This document shows, in pieces, positions 1 to 8,554 of a stretch of DNA of 60,870 nucleotides. Both the position numbers and the translations under genes were made by a program. The stretch is from an uncultured Clostridia bacterium (GTDB lineage: Bacteria > Bacillota > Clostridia > TANB77 > CAG-465). Below the pieces are notes generated by a model, which was not told where the DNA came from, searched no databases, and saw only the letters and a list, made by a program, of their open reading frames with translations. The number at the start of each line of letters is the position of its first letter. Positions within the stretch are counted from its first letter, which is position 1. The stretch is from contig CANRLG010000005.1 of the NCBI GenBank assembly GCA_947631415.1, positions 1 to 60,870 on the forward strand, written 5' to 3'.

Positions 1-28
1 TTAAAGGCTAAAAACTCTTTATAAAAAA

Positions 29-79
29 CATTGCAAGGAACTTGCAATGGAGTGAATCTTTGATTCACTTTTGTTCTTT
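29..79 (+). terminator. tandem hairpins plus T-rich tail, probable terminator of a gene upstream of the window
   Basis: perfect 9-bp stem CATTGCAAG/CTTGCAATG (29-49), then perfect 8-bp stem AGTGAATC/GATTCACT (51-69), followed by TTTGTTCTTT. Confidence 0.45.
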
Positions 80-145
80 AACTATCAAATCTCCTTTTCT
101 TTATTTTTTAAAATGTTTATTATATAATTTACTTGGTGATAAATT

Positions 146-718
146 ATGAAAAATAAAAAGAGGAGTATATTAATAGATTTGGATTTTGTTATATGTCATC
201 CAGGATTTTTAAGTATATTAAATGAATTTCTTGGGACAGATTATAAAGAAGAAGATTTTACTGAATATATTATAGATGGAATAATAGGAGATGAAAATAA
301 AATACAAGAGTTTTATGAGTATTATTTGTCTAAAGATGGATATAAGGATGCAATACTATTTGAGGGAGCAAAAGAGGTGTTAAAGAGGCTAAATGAAGTA
401 TATGATGTATACGTATGTACAGCTTGTGTAATGTATGGAGTAGAACGAAAATCTGCTAAATTATTCAAAGATAAATTTGAATATTTAATGAGAGAATTTC
501 CCTTTCTTGACCCAGAGAAGATAATATTTACTAACTCTAAAAATATTTTTGTTGCTGATATCCAAATAGATGATAGATTACAAAATTTGCAAGGGAATGT
601 TAGTTTAAAATTATTATTTGATGCATATCATAATAAAAATATATCAGAAGAAGAATTAGAAAAACAAAATGTAGTTAGAGTTAAAAATTGGGATGAGATA
701 GCACAAATTTTACTTTAA
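146..718 (+). CDS. HAD-superfamily 5'(3')-deoxyribonucleotidase-like protein (NT5C/YorS type)
   Basis: 190-aa ORF; N-terminal DxDxV motif (IDLDFV); YDVYVCTA and EFPFLDP...IDDR blocks as recalled for NT5C-family nucleotidases. Confidence 0.6.
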   Translation: MKNKKRSILIDLDFVICHPGFLSILNEFLGTDYKEEDFTEYIIDGIIGDENKIQEFYEYYLSKDGYKDAILFEGAKEVLKRLNEVYDVYVCTACVMYGVERKSAKLFKDKFEYLMREFPFLDPEKIIFTNSKNIFVADIQIDDRLQNLQGNVSLKLLFDAYHNKNISEEELEKQNVVRVKNWDEIAQILL

Positions 719-772
719 TTTAAAATATATGAATTTTAGGTAATTTTTGATATTTTTCATAGCTTCAATTTG

Positions 773-801
773 TTTACAACTGAATTTTTTAATGATATAA
801 T
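773..801 (+). promoter_or_regulatory. sigma-A type promoter for ackA
   Basis: TTTACA (773-778), 17-nt spacer, TGaTATAAT extended -10 (TATAAT 796-801). Confidence 0.55.
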
Positions 802-832
802 GTAATATCCACTTTAAAAAGGAGTGATAGCT

Positions 833-2029
833 ATGAAGATATTAGTATTAAATTGTGGAAGTTCTTCTTTAAAATTCCAATTAATAGATATGGAAAATGA
901 AGAAAGACTAATTAAGGGAAATTATGAGAATATAGGAGGAAAGAGAGCCTGTCTTAGAATTAATGTAAAAGGTGAAAAAGAAGAAATAGAAAAAGCAGCT
1001 AGAAACTACGAAGAAGCTGTAAAAATTGTATTGAATTTAATTCAAGATAAAAAATACAATGTAATATCATCTTTAGATGAAATAGGGGCAGTAGGACATA
1101 GAATTGTTCACGGAGGAGAAAAATATTCTGAATCTGTTTTAATTGATGATGAAGTACTAAAAGAAATTGAAAATTGTATACCTCTTGCACCATTGCATAA
1201 TCCAGAGGGATTAGATGGAATTAAAGCAACTAAAAAAGTATTAGATGTTCCAATGGTAGCTGTTTTTGATACTGCTTTCCATCAAACTTTACCAGAAATT
1301 GCCTATATTTATCAATTACCATATAGATATTATGAACAATATCAACTTAGAAAATATGGATTTCATGGAACAAGTCATAAATATGTAGTAAGACGTGCTG
1401 CAGAACTTATGGGAAAAGATTTAAAAGACTTGAAAATTGTTAATTGTCATTTAGGTCAAGGAGCATCTTTGTGTGCTGTTAAGGATGGAAAATCTGTAGA
1501 AACAAGTATGGGATTTACACCAACAGGTGGTATTGCTATGGGAACACGTTGTGGAGATATAGACCCAGCTATAATTCCATTTTTAATGCGTAGAGAAGAA
1601 CTAGATGCAAATGAAATTGAAAGAATGATAAATAAAAAGAGTGGAATATGGGGAGTTTCAGGTGTATCAGATGACTACAGAGATGTAGAAAGAGAGTATG
1701 CTTACGGAGATGAAAGGTCTATCCTTGCACTTGAATCACAAGCCTATATTGTTGCAAAAAATATAATGGCATATACTGTTGCACTTCAAGGTCTTGATGC
1801 TATAACTTTTTCAGGTGGAGTTGGTGAAAGAGGTATTGAGCAAAGATTAAGAATTTTGAAATATTTAAAATTTTTAGGTATAGAAGTGGATGAAGAAAAG
1901 AATAATAATAGAGGTATTGAAATAGAAATAACAAAGCCACAGTCAAAAGTTAAAGTTTGGGTTGTGCCAACTAATGAAGAATTAATGATAGCAAGAGATA
2001 CTTATGAAATAGTTAAAAATATGAAATAA
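833..2029 (+). CDS. ackA: acetate kinase
   Basis: MKILVLNCGSSSLKFQL N-terminus, FHGTSH and VPTNEELMIA motifs; start moved from GTG 824 to ATG 833, which follows AAAGGAG. Confidence 0.95.
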   Translation: MKILVLNCGSSSLKFQLIDMENEERLIKGNYENIGGKRACLRINVKGEKEEIEKAARNYEEAVKIVLNLIQDKKYNVISSLDEIGAVGHRIVHGGEKYSESVLIDDEVLKEIENCIPLAPLHNPEGLDGIKATKKVLDVPMVAVFDTAFHQTLPEIAYIYQLPYRYYEQYQLRKYGFHGTSHKYVVRRAAELMGKDLKDLKIVNCHLGQGASLCAVKDGKSVETSMGFTPTGGIAMGTRCGDIDPAIIPFLMRREELDANEIERMINKKSGIWGVSGVSDDYRDVEREYAYGDERSILALESQAYIVAKNIMAYTVALQGLDAITFSGGVGERGIEQRLRILKYLKFLGIEVDEEKNNNRGIEIEITKPQSKVKVWVVPTNEELMIARDTYEIVKNMK

Positions 2030-2113
2030 AATAACAAAATTTTTAAAAAATATATTTAACAATTATTTTTCTTTGTGTATAATAATATTGTGTAAATGAT
2101 TTGGAGGATGAAT

Positions 2114-2707
2114 ATGATGGACGAAAAGCAAGAAAGTCCAGATATTCCAGATAATCATACTAAATCTGAAAATGGAGAAAAGCAATATGTTTCAATATTT
2201 TCAGTTATCCTATTAGTATTAATTTTTGTTATAGTACTATGCGTACTGCTTGGTGTTGTCTTTGGAAATATACAGACATTTGATGTAAAAGGAAAAGTTT
2301 TCTCACTTAGTGATAATTCTACCTTGTTGTTTTTAGAAGATGGCCAAAATTACATTTTAAGTTACAAAGTATTAAATCAAGAAGTTATTATGAGAGGCAA
2401 ATATAAAATCACTTTTGGTGATGATATAAATGAAAATGTAAAGTATGAATATGGAACTTATATGGATAAGTTGTCAAAAGAAGATTATGTTTTAGGATTT
2501 ATTGAACTACAAAATGAAGATTTATACATAAATGGAGAAAAAGCAGAACTGGGATACATTAATACATATTATATAGTTCGTTCTTATTTTGAGGATGATA
2601 AGATAATGTTTAGTGGATATAATGTAGACACAGGAGTTAAAGTAAAATTTGAAGAAATAAAAGATAAATTTGATAATTATTATGATGAGATAGCAGGTAC
2701 TTTTTAA
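2114..2707 (+). CDS. hypothetical membrane-anchored protein (single N-terminal TM)
   Basis: ORF with hydrophobic segment VSIFSVILLVLIFVIVLCVLLGVVFG; ATG 2114 sits 6 nt after GGAGG; no recognisable family. Confidence 0.55.
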   Translation: MMDEKQESPDIPDNHTKSENGEKQYVSIFSVILLVLIFVIVLCVLLGVVFGNIQTFDVKGKVFSLSDNSTLLFLEDGQNYILSYKVLNQEVIMRGKYKITFGDDINENVKYEYGTYMDKLSKEDYVLGFIELQNEDLYINGEKAELGYINTYYIVRSYFEDDKIMFSGYNVDTGVKVKFEEIKDKFDNYYDEIAGTF

Positions 2708-2726
2708 AAAAGTACTTGCTTTTTTT
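2693..2726 (+). terminator. intrinsic terminator
   Basis: stem GCAGGTACTTTTT/AAAAAGTACTTGC overlapping the stop codon, followed by a T7 run. Confidence 0.7.
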
Positions 2727-2840
2727 AGGTTTATACTATACTTTTTTATTAGGTTATGTGATATAATCTTTAAAAAAAGTATCATTATTTTTTCACATTC
2801 TTATGTTAAGATGATATTATAGTTTAAAGGAGTAGAGCTT

Positions 2841-3515
2841 ATGAAAATATTAGTAGTTGATGATGAAGACAAGATTAGAAATGTAATAAAAGAATATGCA
2901 GAATTTGAAGGATTTGAAACAGATGAAGCCTGTGATGGAATGGAAGCTATAGCAAAATGTAGAAGTAATAATTATGATTTAATAATAATGGATATAATGA
3001 TGCCAAAACTTGATGGTTTTTCTTCTATAAAAGAAATTAAGAAGATAAAAGATATGCCTGTAATTATGCTTTCTGCACGTAGTGAAGAGTATGATAAACT
3101 TCATGGTTTTGATATTGGAATAGATGATTATGTAGTAAAACCTTTTAGCCCAAAAGAATTGATGGCAAGAGTTAATGCGGTAATTAATCGTGCAAAATCA
3201 AACAATGTATCTAATGCAAAACAAGAAAAATATGTTTTTGAAGGACTTGAAATAGATATGTTAGGTAGAAATGTATATGTAGATGGTCAAAAGAAAGAAC
3301 TTACACCAAAGGAATATGAATTACTACAATATTTTATACTAAATAAAAATATTGCATTATCTAGAGAAAAAATACTTAATGAAGTTTGGGGCTATGATTT
3401 CTTTGGAGAAGATAGAACTGTTGATACTCATGTAAAAATGCTTAGAAATAATCTAGGAAAATACAGAGATAAAATAGTAACTGTAAGAGGAATGGGGTAT
3501 AAATTTGAAGAATAA
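2841..3515 (+). CDS. OmpR-family response regulator
   Basis: receiver domain (MKILVVDDE, LIIMDIMMPKLDG, VVKPF) plus winged-helix C-terminus (LTPKEYELL, TVRGMGYKF). Confidence 0.9.
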   Translation: MKILVVDDEDKIRNVIKEYAEFEGFETDEACDGMEAIAKCRSNNYDLIIMDIMMPKLDGFSSIKEIKKIKDMPVIMLSARSEEYDKLHGFDIGIDDYVVKPFSPKELMARVNAVINRAKSNNVSNAKQEKYVFEGLEIDMLGRNVYVDGQKKELTPKEYELLQYFILNKNIALSREKILNEVWGYDFFGEDRTVDTHVKMLRNNLGKYRDKIVTVRGMGYKFEE

Positions 3516-4986
3516 TACTAAAACTCTAACTTTTAGAATATGGTTTGCGTTTATAACACTTGCAGTAGTAATATTTGTACTGTTATGGTTTATGCAAGTT
3601 ATTTTCTTGCAAACATATTATAAAACTATGAAAAAATCTGAAACTATTCAACTTGGAGCAGAAGTTGAAAGTGCATTTAAAGACTCTATATATTTTAAAG
3701 AGCAATTAGATAAGGCAGCTTATAGAAATTCTGCCTCTATTTATATATTATCATTAGATGGTGAATTGTTTTATACAAACACAACCTATACTGGTGCAGG
3801 ATATGAGGGAACTTCTGGAAATCTAGCACAAGTACCAGGTAGAAATATTTCTATAGATATTAGTGATATTGTAGAAAAAATGGCAGAAAGTCCAAATAAT
3901 AAAGTGTCTTATACATTAGATATAGAAAGGCTTAAAACTCAAATATATGTATATGGAAAAGTAATTCCAGACACAGAATATTGTTATATTATATTAATGT
4001 CTATTGACCCAATAGATGCTACATCTTCTGTTATAACTAGTCAACTAATATATATTACAATTATATCGTTAATTATATCTACAATTATTTCATTATTTAT
4101 GGCAAGACGACTTTCAAAACCAATAAATGAGATGAATGAAACAGCCAAAATACTTGGAAAAGGTGATTTTGATATTTACTTTAAAAAATGTGGATATGAA
4201 GAACTAGATGAACTGGCAGATACACTAAATAAAGCAACAGAGTCTTTAAAAAATACAGACCAGATACGTAGAGAATTGATGGCAAATGTATCACACGACT
4301 TAAAAACGCCACTTACTATGATTAAAGCATATTCTGAGATGATTAGAGATTTATCTGGAGATAATAAAGCAAAAAGAGAAGAACATCTAAAAATAATTAT
4401 AGATGAAACAGATAGACTAACAAGACTTGTAAATGATATGATGGACTTATCTAAGATAGAATCTGGCATTGTGGTCTTAGAAAAAACTAAATTTAATTTT
4501 TCAGAAACAGCTTCATCACTTATTGATAGAATTAAACTAGCTCAAATGGATACAGAGCATGAAATAGTATATGACATTCCGAAAGATTTATATGTTTATG
4601 CAGATAAAACTAAGATAGAACAAGTTTTGTATAATTTAGTAATAAATGCAATTAAACATAGTGGAGAAGGAAAGAGACATATAGATATAAAAGTAAGTGC
4701 AACATCTAAGAGAGTTAAAGTTGAAGTAAAAGATGATGGCGTTGGAATATCTGAAGAAAATTTAAAACATATATGGGATAGATATTATAAAGCAAGTGAG
4801 TCATTTACTAGAAATGTTCAAGGAAGTGGTTTAGGACTTTCAATAGTAAAAAATATATTATTAAAACACGAATCAGATTTTGGTGTTGACTCTAAACTAG
4901 GAGAAGGCGCAACATTTTGGTTTGACATAGAGAGAGTTTCAAAAAAAGATATGAACAAGGAATTAGATAAAAAGGAAGATAAATAA
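3505..4986 (+). CDS. sensor histidine kinase (two TM, HAMP, HisKA, HATPase)
   Basis: H-box MANVSHDLKTPLT, N-box NLVINAIKHS, G-boxes KDDGVGI and GSGLGLSIVK; TTG start overlaps the regulator stop by 11 nt. Confidence 0.9.
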   Translation: MKNNTKTLTFRIWFAFITLAVVIFVLLWFMQVIFLQTYYKTMKKSETIQLGAEVESAFKDSIYFKEQLDKAAYRNSASIYILSLDGELFYTNTTYTGAGYEGTSGNLAQVPGRNISIDISDIVEKMAESPNNKVSYTLDIERLKTQIYVYGKVIPDTEYCYIILMSIDPIDATSSVITSQLIYITIISLIISTIISLFMARRLSKPINEMNETAKILGKGDFDIYFKKCGYEELDELADTLNKATESLKNTDQIRRELMANVSHDLKTPLTMIKAYSEMIRDLSGDNKAKREEHLKIIIDETDRLTRLVNDMMDLSKIESGIVVLEKTKFNFSETASSLIDRIKLAQMDTEHEIVYDIPKDLYVYADKTKIEQVLYNLVINAIKHSGEGKRHIDIKVSATSKRVKVEVKDDGVGISEENLKHIWDRYYKASESFTRNVQGSGLGLSIVKNILLKHESDFGVDSKLGEGATFWFDIERVSKKDMNKELDKKEDK

Positions 4987-4996
4987 AATTAGACAA

Positions 4997-5029
4997 AAAA
5001 CTAGGAAATTCTGCATTTCTTAGTTTTTT
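4997..5029 (+). terminator. intrinsic terminator after the kinase gene
   Basis: AAAACTAGGAAAT / ATTTCTTAGTTTT stem (one G-U) followed by a T-run. Confidence 0.7.
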
Positions 5030-5330
5030 CATTTTTTCTTCATCATTTTTTCACAAGTCATGTATATAATAATACTAAGAAGTTTAATAGTATTTTCTAA
5101 TCTCTAACATAAACAATGCTATTTACTTCATAAGATTTTTACATTTAATACATATTATTAACACAATTAAGTTATAAAATGTAGATAATGAGAGAGGGTG
5201 ATAAATGAGAGGAGAGTTTAGTAAGTTTTTGCTTTAAAATTTACGTTGTCCATAACTAATATTAAGATTAAACAATTCCTATACAAAAAATGAACGAAAA
5301 AAATAGGTTTTTTCATATATAAACTTTCAA

Positions 5331-5368
5331 GGAGATAGATGAACGGATATGTCTATCTCCACTTTTTT
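5331..5368 (+). terminator. orphan intrinsic terminator in a noncoding region
   Basis: 10-bp stem GGAGATAGAT/GTCTATCTCC with 10-nt loop, followed by ACTTTTTT; lies upstream of the promoter of the next gene. Confidence 0.6.
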
Positions 5369-5370
5369 AT

Positions 5371-5399
5371 TTGACTATTTTTTTATATTATGTTAATAT
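5371..5399 (+). promoter_or_regulatory. sigma-A type promoter for ORF 5421
   Basis: TTGACT (5371-5376), 17-nt spacer, TGtTAATAT extended -10 (5394-5399). Confidence 0.6.
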
Positions 5400-5420
5400 C
5401 ATAATATAGAGGTAGATTTT

Positions 5421-5933
5421 ATGAAAAATATTAATATTGAGATGCCAGGTTTGAGAATAATAAAGACAGTGCTATCAGTTTTTATTGTTATACTATTATC
5501 TCATCTTAGTCATGGAATTTTACAAATGTATGATATGGCTATTGTAGCAATTCTTGCTATACAAAGTGATGTATCAGAGTCGTTTAATGAAGTTAGAAAT
5601 AGAATATCCTCTACTATTATTGGAGGAATACTTGGAACAATAGCAATGTGCATAGGATATATTTTAAAGATTGAAATACTTGATGCAATTATAGCAAGTT
5701 TAGGTGTGTTTATCATATTATATTTATGCAGTAAAATAATAGACAGGTCAGAATATATTTTAATTTCATGTTACGTGTTCCTTGCTATAGTATTAGATGA
5801 ACCTGCCACAATAAGTTGGTTATATCCGTTACGTGTAATGCTTAATACAGTAGTTGCAAGTATAGTTGCAATGATTGTTAATTTATATAATCCAAAATAT
5901 TTATTTAGAAGAAGGATAAAATTAAGAAAATAA
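5421..5933 (+). CDS. aromatic-acid-exporter / FUSC-like (ArAE_1) membrane protein, short form
   Basis: N-terminus GLRIIKTVLSVFIVILL...AIVAILAIQSDVSESFNEVRNRISSTIIGGILG resembles the ArAE_1 N-terminal signature; 4-5 TM segments. Confidence 0.55.
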   Translation: MKNINIEMPGLRIIKTVLSVFIVILLSHLSHGILQMYDMAIVAILAIQSDVSESFNEVRNRISSTIIGGILGTIAMCIGYILKIEILDAIIASLGVFIILYLCSKIIDRSEYILISCYVFLAIVLDEPATISWLYPLRVMLNTVVASIVAMIVNLYNPKYLFRRRIKLRK

Positions 5934-6035
5934 ATAATAAAATGATAATGTTAAAAAAGTAGGTTATGCCTACTTTTTCTTGCAATAAATTGAAAATTAA
6001 TATTTCTTATGATATATTTTTTACAGGTGTTATAT

Positions 6036-6866
6036 ATGAAGAAAAGGAAATTATTTTGTGAGTACGGCAAAATTCCATATAAAATATCTACCGTTAAAGA
6101 AAATCTTAGAAAAGATATAAAAGATTTATTTCAAAAAAATCATATTGCTAAACAGAAAAATAAAGAAAATTTTAAGTATATATGGAAAGGTGATGCAAGA
6201 ATAATTCGCAGAAAACTCTATGGAGTAGATATGCAGTTACAGATAAATAAAGCCAAAAATCTAGAACTTGCAGGAAAAGAAATTGATGGATTAATAATAA
6301 AACCTGGAGAAGTCTTTTCTTTTTGGAATACAATAGGAAACCCTACTAAAAAAAGAGGATATTTAAAAGGTTTAACAATATCTAGTGGAAAGTTTGGTCA
6401 AAACTATGGTGGAGGACTATGTCAAATGGCAAATTTAATACATTATTTAGTATTACACACTCCACTTGAAGTAGTTGAACTTCATCATCATACAGATGCA
6501 TTATTCCCAGATTTTAAGAGAACTGTACCTTTTGGAACAGGAACATCTGTAGCATATAAAACGATAGATTATAGGTTTAAAAATACTTTAGATGTTCCAG
6601 TACAACTTAGAGTATGGCAGGATGAGGTAATGTTATACGGAGAAATACGTTCTATTAAACCTTTAGAAGTTAAATATAAATTAGTTGAAGAAGATAGTTT
6701 TTATAGAAAAGAAGAAGATGGAATATTTTACAGAAATAGTAACGTGTATAGATTGAAAATAGATAAAAATACAGACAAGCAAGTAGAAAAAGAGTTAATA
6801 TTAAAAAATCATTCAAAAGTTATGTATGATTATAATTTAATTCCAAAGGAGCAAATAAGGAGCTAA
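6036..6866 (+). CDS. VanW-domain protein (no obvious signal peptide or TM)
   Basis: GGGLCQMANLIHY motif and surrounding blocks typical of the VanW family; start set at ATG 6036 after AGGTG. Confidence 0.7.
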   Translation: MKKRKLFCEYGKIPYKISTVKENLRKDIKDLFQKNHIAKQKNKENFKYIWKGDARIIRRKLYGVDMQLQINKAKNLELAGKEIDGLIIKPGEVFSFWNTIGNPTKKRGYLKGLTISSGKFGQNYGGGLCQMANLIHYLVLHTPLEVVELHHHTDALFPDFKRTVPFGTGTSVAYKTIDYRFKNTLDVPVQLRVWQDEVMLYGEIRSIKPLEVKYKLVEEDSFYRKEEDGIFYRNSNVYRLKIDKNTDKQVEKELILKNHSKVMYDYNLIPKEQIRS

Positions 6867-6869
6867 AAT

Positions 6870-8306
6870 ATGATACTAGACAAGATAAAAAAAGTAATGT
6901 TAGAGAAAAAAGATAATATTTTTAGCAATGAAGAAAATATTACGTATTTTCAATTATATACATACATTTTAAATTTATATATTTACCTTAATACTATAAA
7001 AAGTGAAAATAATAAAATAATTATATATGGTCATAAAAGTGTATATTATATAGTTTGTATGCTTGCCTGTGCATATTCTGGAATTAGTTATATTCCAGTA
7101 GATGTTTCTTTTAGTGATGAAAGAATACAAGATATAATTAATATAATAAAGCCAGATTTAATATTAAATACAATAACTTTAAAAGTAGAAAATGTAAATA
7201 GAGAAATCATAGTAGATGAACTAGAAAAGATAATGACAGAAAAAAGTATTGAAATTGAACTTATACCACAAATTAAACCAGAAGATATATATTATATAAT
7301 TTTTACTTCAGGTAGTACAGGAAGTCCTAAAGGAGTACAAATTACATACAATAATTTAGATACATTTTGTAATAAAATAATAGCTAAATTTAATATAGAA
7401 GAAAGTGTAATATTAAATCAAGCATTGTTTTCTTTTGATCTATCTGTTGCAGATATATATTTAACTTTATTAACAGGTTCAAAATATGTTATGCTAACAG
7501 CAAAAGAGATAAAAGATTATCCAAGATTATATAAAAAAATAAAGGAAAATAATGTAGAAGTAATAATAGCTACACCATCATTTATAGAATATTTGCTTGT
7601 AGATAGGACATTTAATGAGGATAATTTTAGATGCTTAAATACAATATTTACTTGTGGAGAAACATTAACTCTAAATACAGTAAAAAAGATAAAAGAAAGA
7701 TTTAAAAATGTAGTAATACATAATGCTTATGGTCCAACAGAATGTACTGTAGCTGTAACAATGGAAACAATACATGAGTTACCATATAAAGTTCCTGCAG
7801 GAAATTATATGGATAATACTTTTTGCATTGTAGATGATAATTTAATGAGAGTAAGTACACAAGGAAATATATTAATTTATGGAGATTTAGTATCAAAAGG
7901 ATATATAAATTATCCAAATGAAGCATTTGTAGAATTTGAAGGAAAAAGAGCATATCTTACTGGAGATATAGGATATATAGAAGATAATAAGTTGTATTAT
8001 TTGTATAGAAAAGATAGACAAATTAAATTAAACGGATATAGAGTAGAGCTAGGGGAAATAGAAAGCAAAATAATGAGTGTTGAAAGTGTAAGTAAATGTG
8101 TAGCAACAGTAAAAAGAAATAGAGAAGGTAAAGTAAAAAAGATAATAGTATATGTTGTTACGAAAGACACAAAAGAAAAACTAAAAGAAAAGCTTAAAAA
8201 TAGTATTTCAGACTATATGTTTCCTGAAATAAAAATTGTGAAAAAGTTACCTATTAACGAAAATTATAAAGTAGATGTAAAAAAGATAGAGGAAAAGATA
8301 AAATGA
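6870..8306 (+). CDS. DltA-like D-alanine--carrier protein ligase (adenylate-forming enzyme)
   Basis: IFTSGSTGSPKGVQITYNNL, NAYGPTECTVAVT and YLTGDIGY...IKLNGYRVELGEIE match the DltA-type AMP-binding core motifs; 478 aa. Confidence 0.8.
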   Translation: MILDKIKKVMLEKKDNIFSNEENITYFQLYTYILNLYIYLNTIKSENNKIIIYGHKSVYYIVCMLACAYSGISYIPVDVSFSDERIQDIINIIKPDLILNTITLKVENVNREIIVDELEKIMTEKSIEIELIPQIKPEDIYYIIFTSGSTGSPKGVQITYNNLDTFCNKIIAKFNIEESVILNQALFSFDLSVADIYLTLLTGSKYVMLTAKEIKDYPRLYKKIKENNVEVIIATPSFIEYLLVDRTFNEDNFRCLNTIFTCGETLTLNTVKKIKERFKNVVIHNAYGPTECTVAVTMETIHELPYKVPAGNYMDNTFCIVDDNLMRVSTQGNILIYGDLVSKGYINYPNEAFVEFEGKRAYLTGDIGYIEDNKLYYLYRKDRQIKLNGYRVELGEIESKIMSVESVSKCVATVKRNREGKVKKIIVYVVTKDTKEKLKEKLKNSISDYMFPEIKIVKKLPINENYKVDVKKIEEKIK

Positions 8307-8554
8307 GAGATAAAATAATTGAAATTATATATGAAATATCTGAAAATGAAGAATTTAAAGCAAATCCAGATATAGACTTAATTGAAAATGAAGTAATAGA
8401 TTCTATGGACTTTTTAGAGTTAATCTCATGTATAGAAGAAACATTTAATATTGAGCTTATAGTAAGTCAAATACCATCAAGTGTATGGAGAAAGGTAAAT
8501 TCTATATCTGAAATGATAGAAGAATATATTAAAGAGAAAAATGAAGAAAATTAA
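8303..8554 (+). CDS. DltC-like acyl/D-alanyl carrier protein
   Basis: 83-aa acidic protein with phosphopantetheine-type serine in VIDSMDFLEL (Ser34, nt 8402-8404); ATGA overlap with the upstream ligase gene. Confidence 0.75.
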   Translation: MRDKIIEIIYEISENEEFKANPDIDLIENEVIDSMDFLELISCIEETFNIELIVSQIPSSVWRKVNSISEMIEEYIKEKNEEN

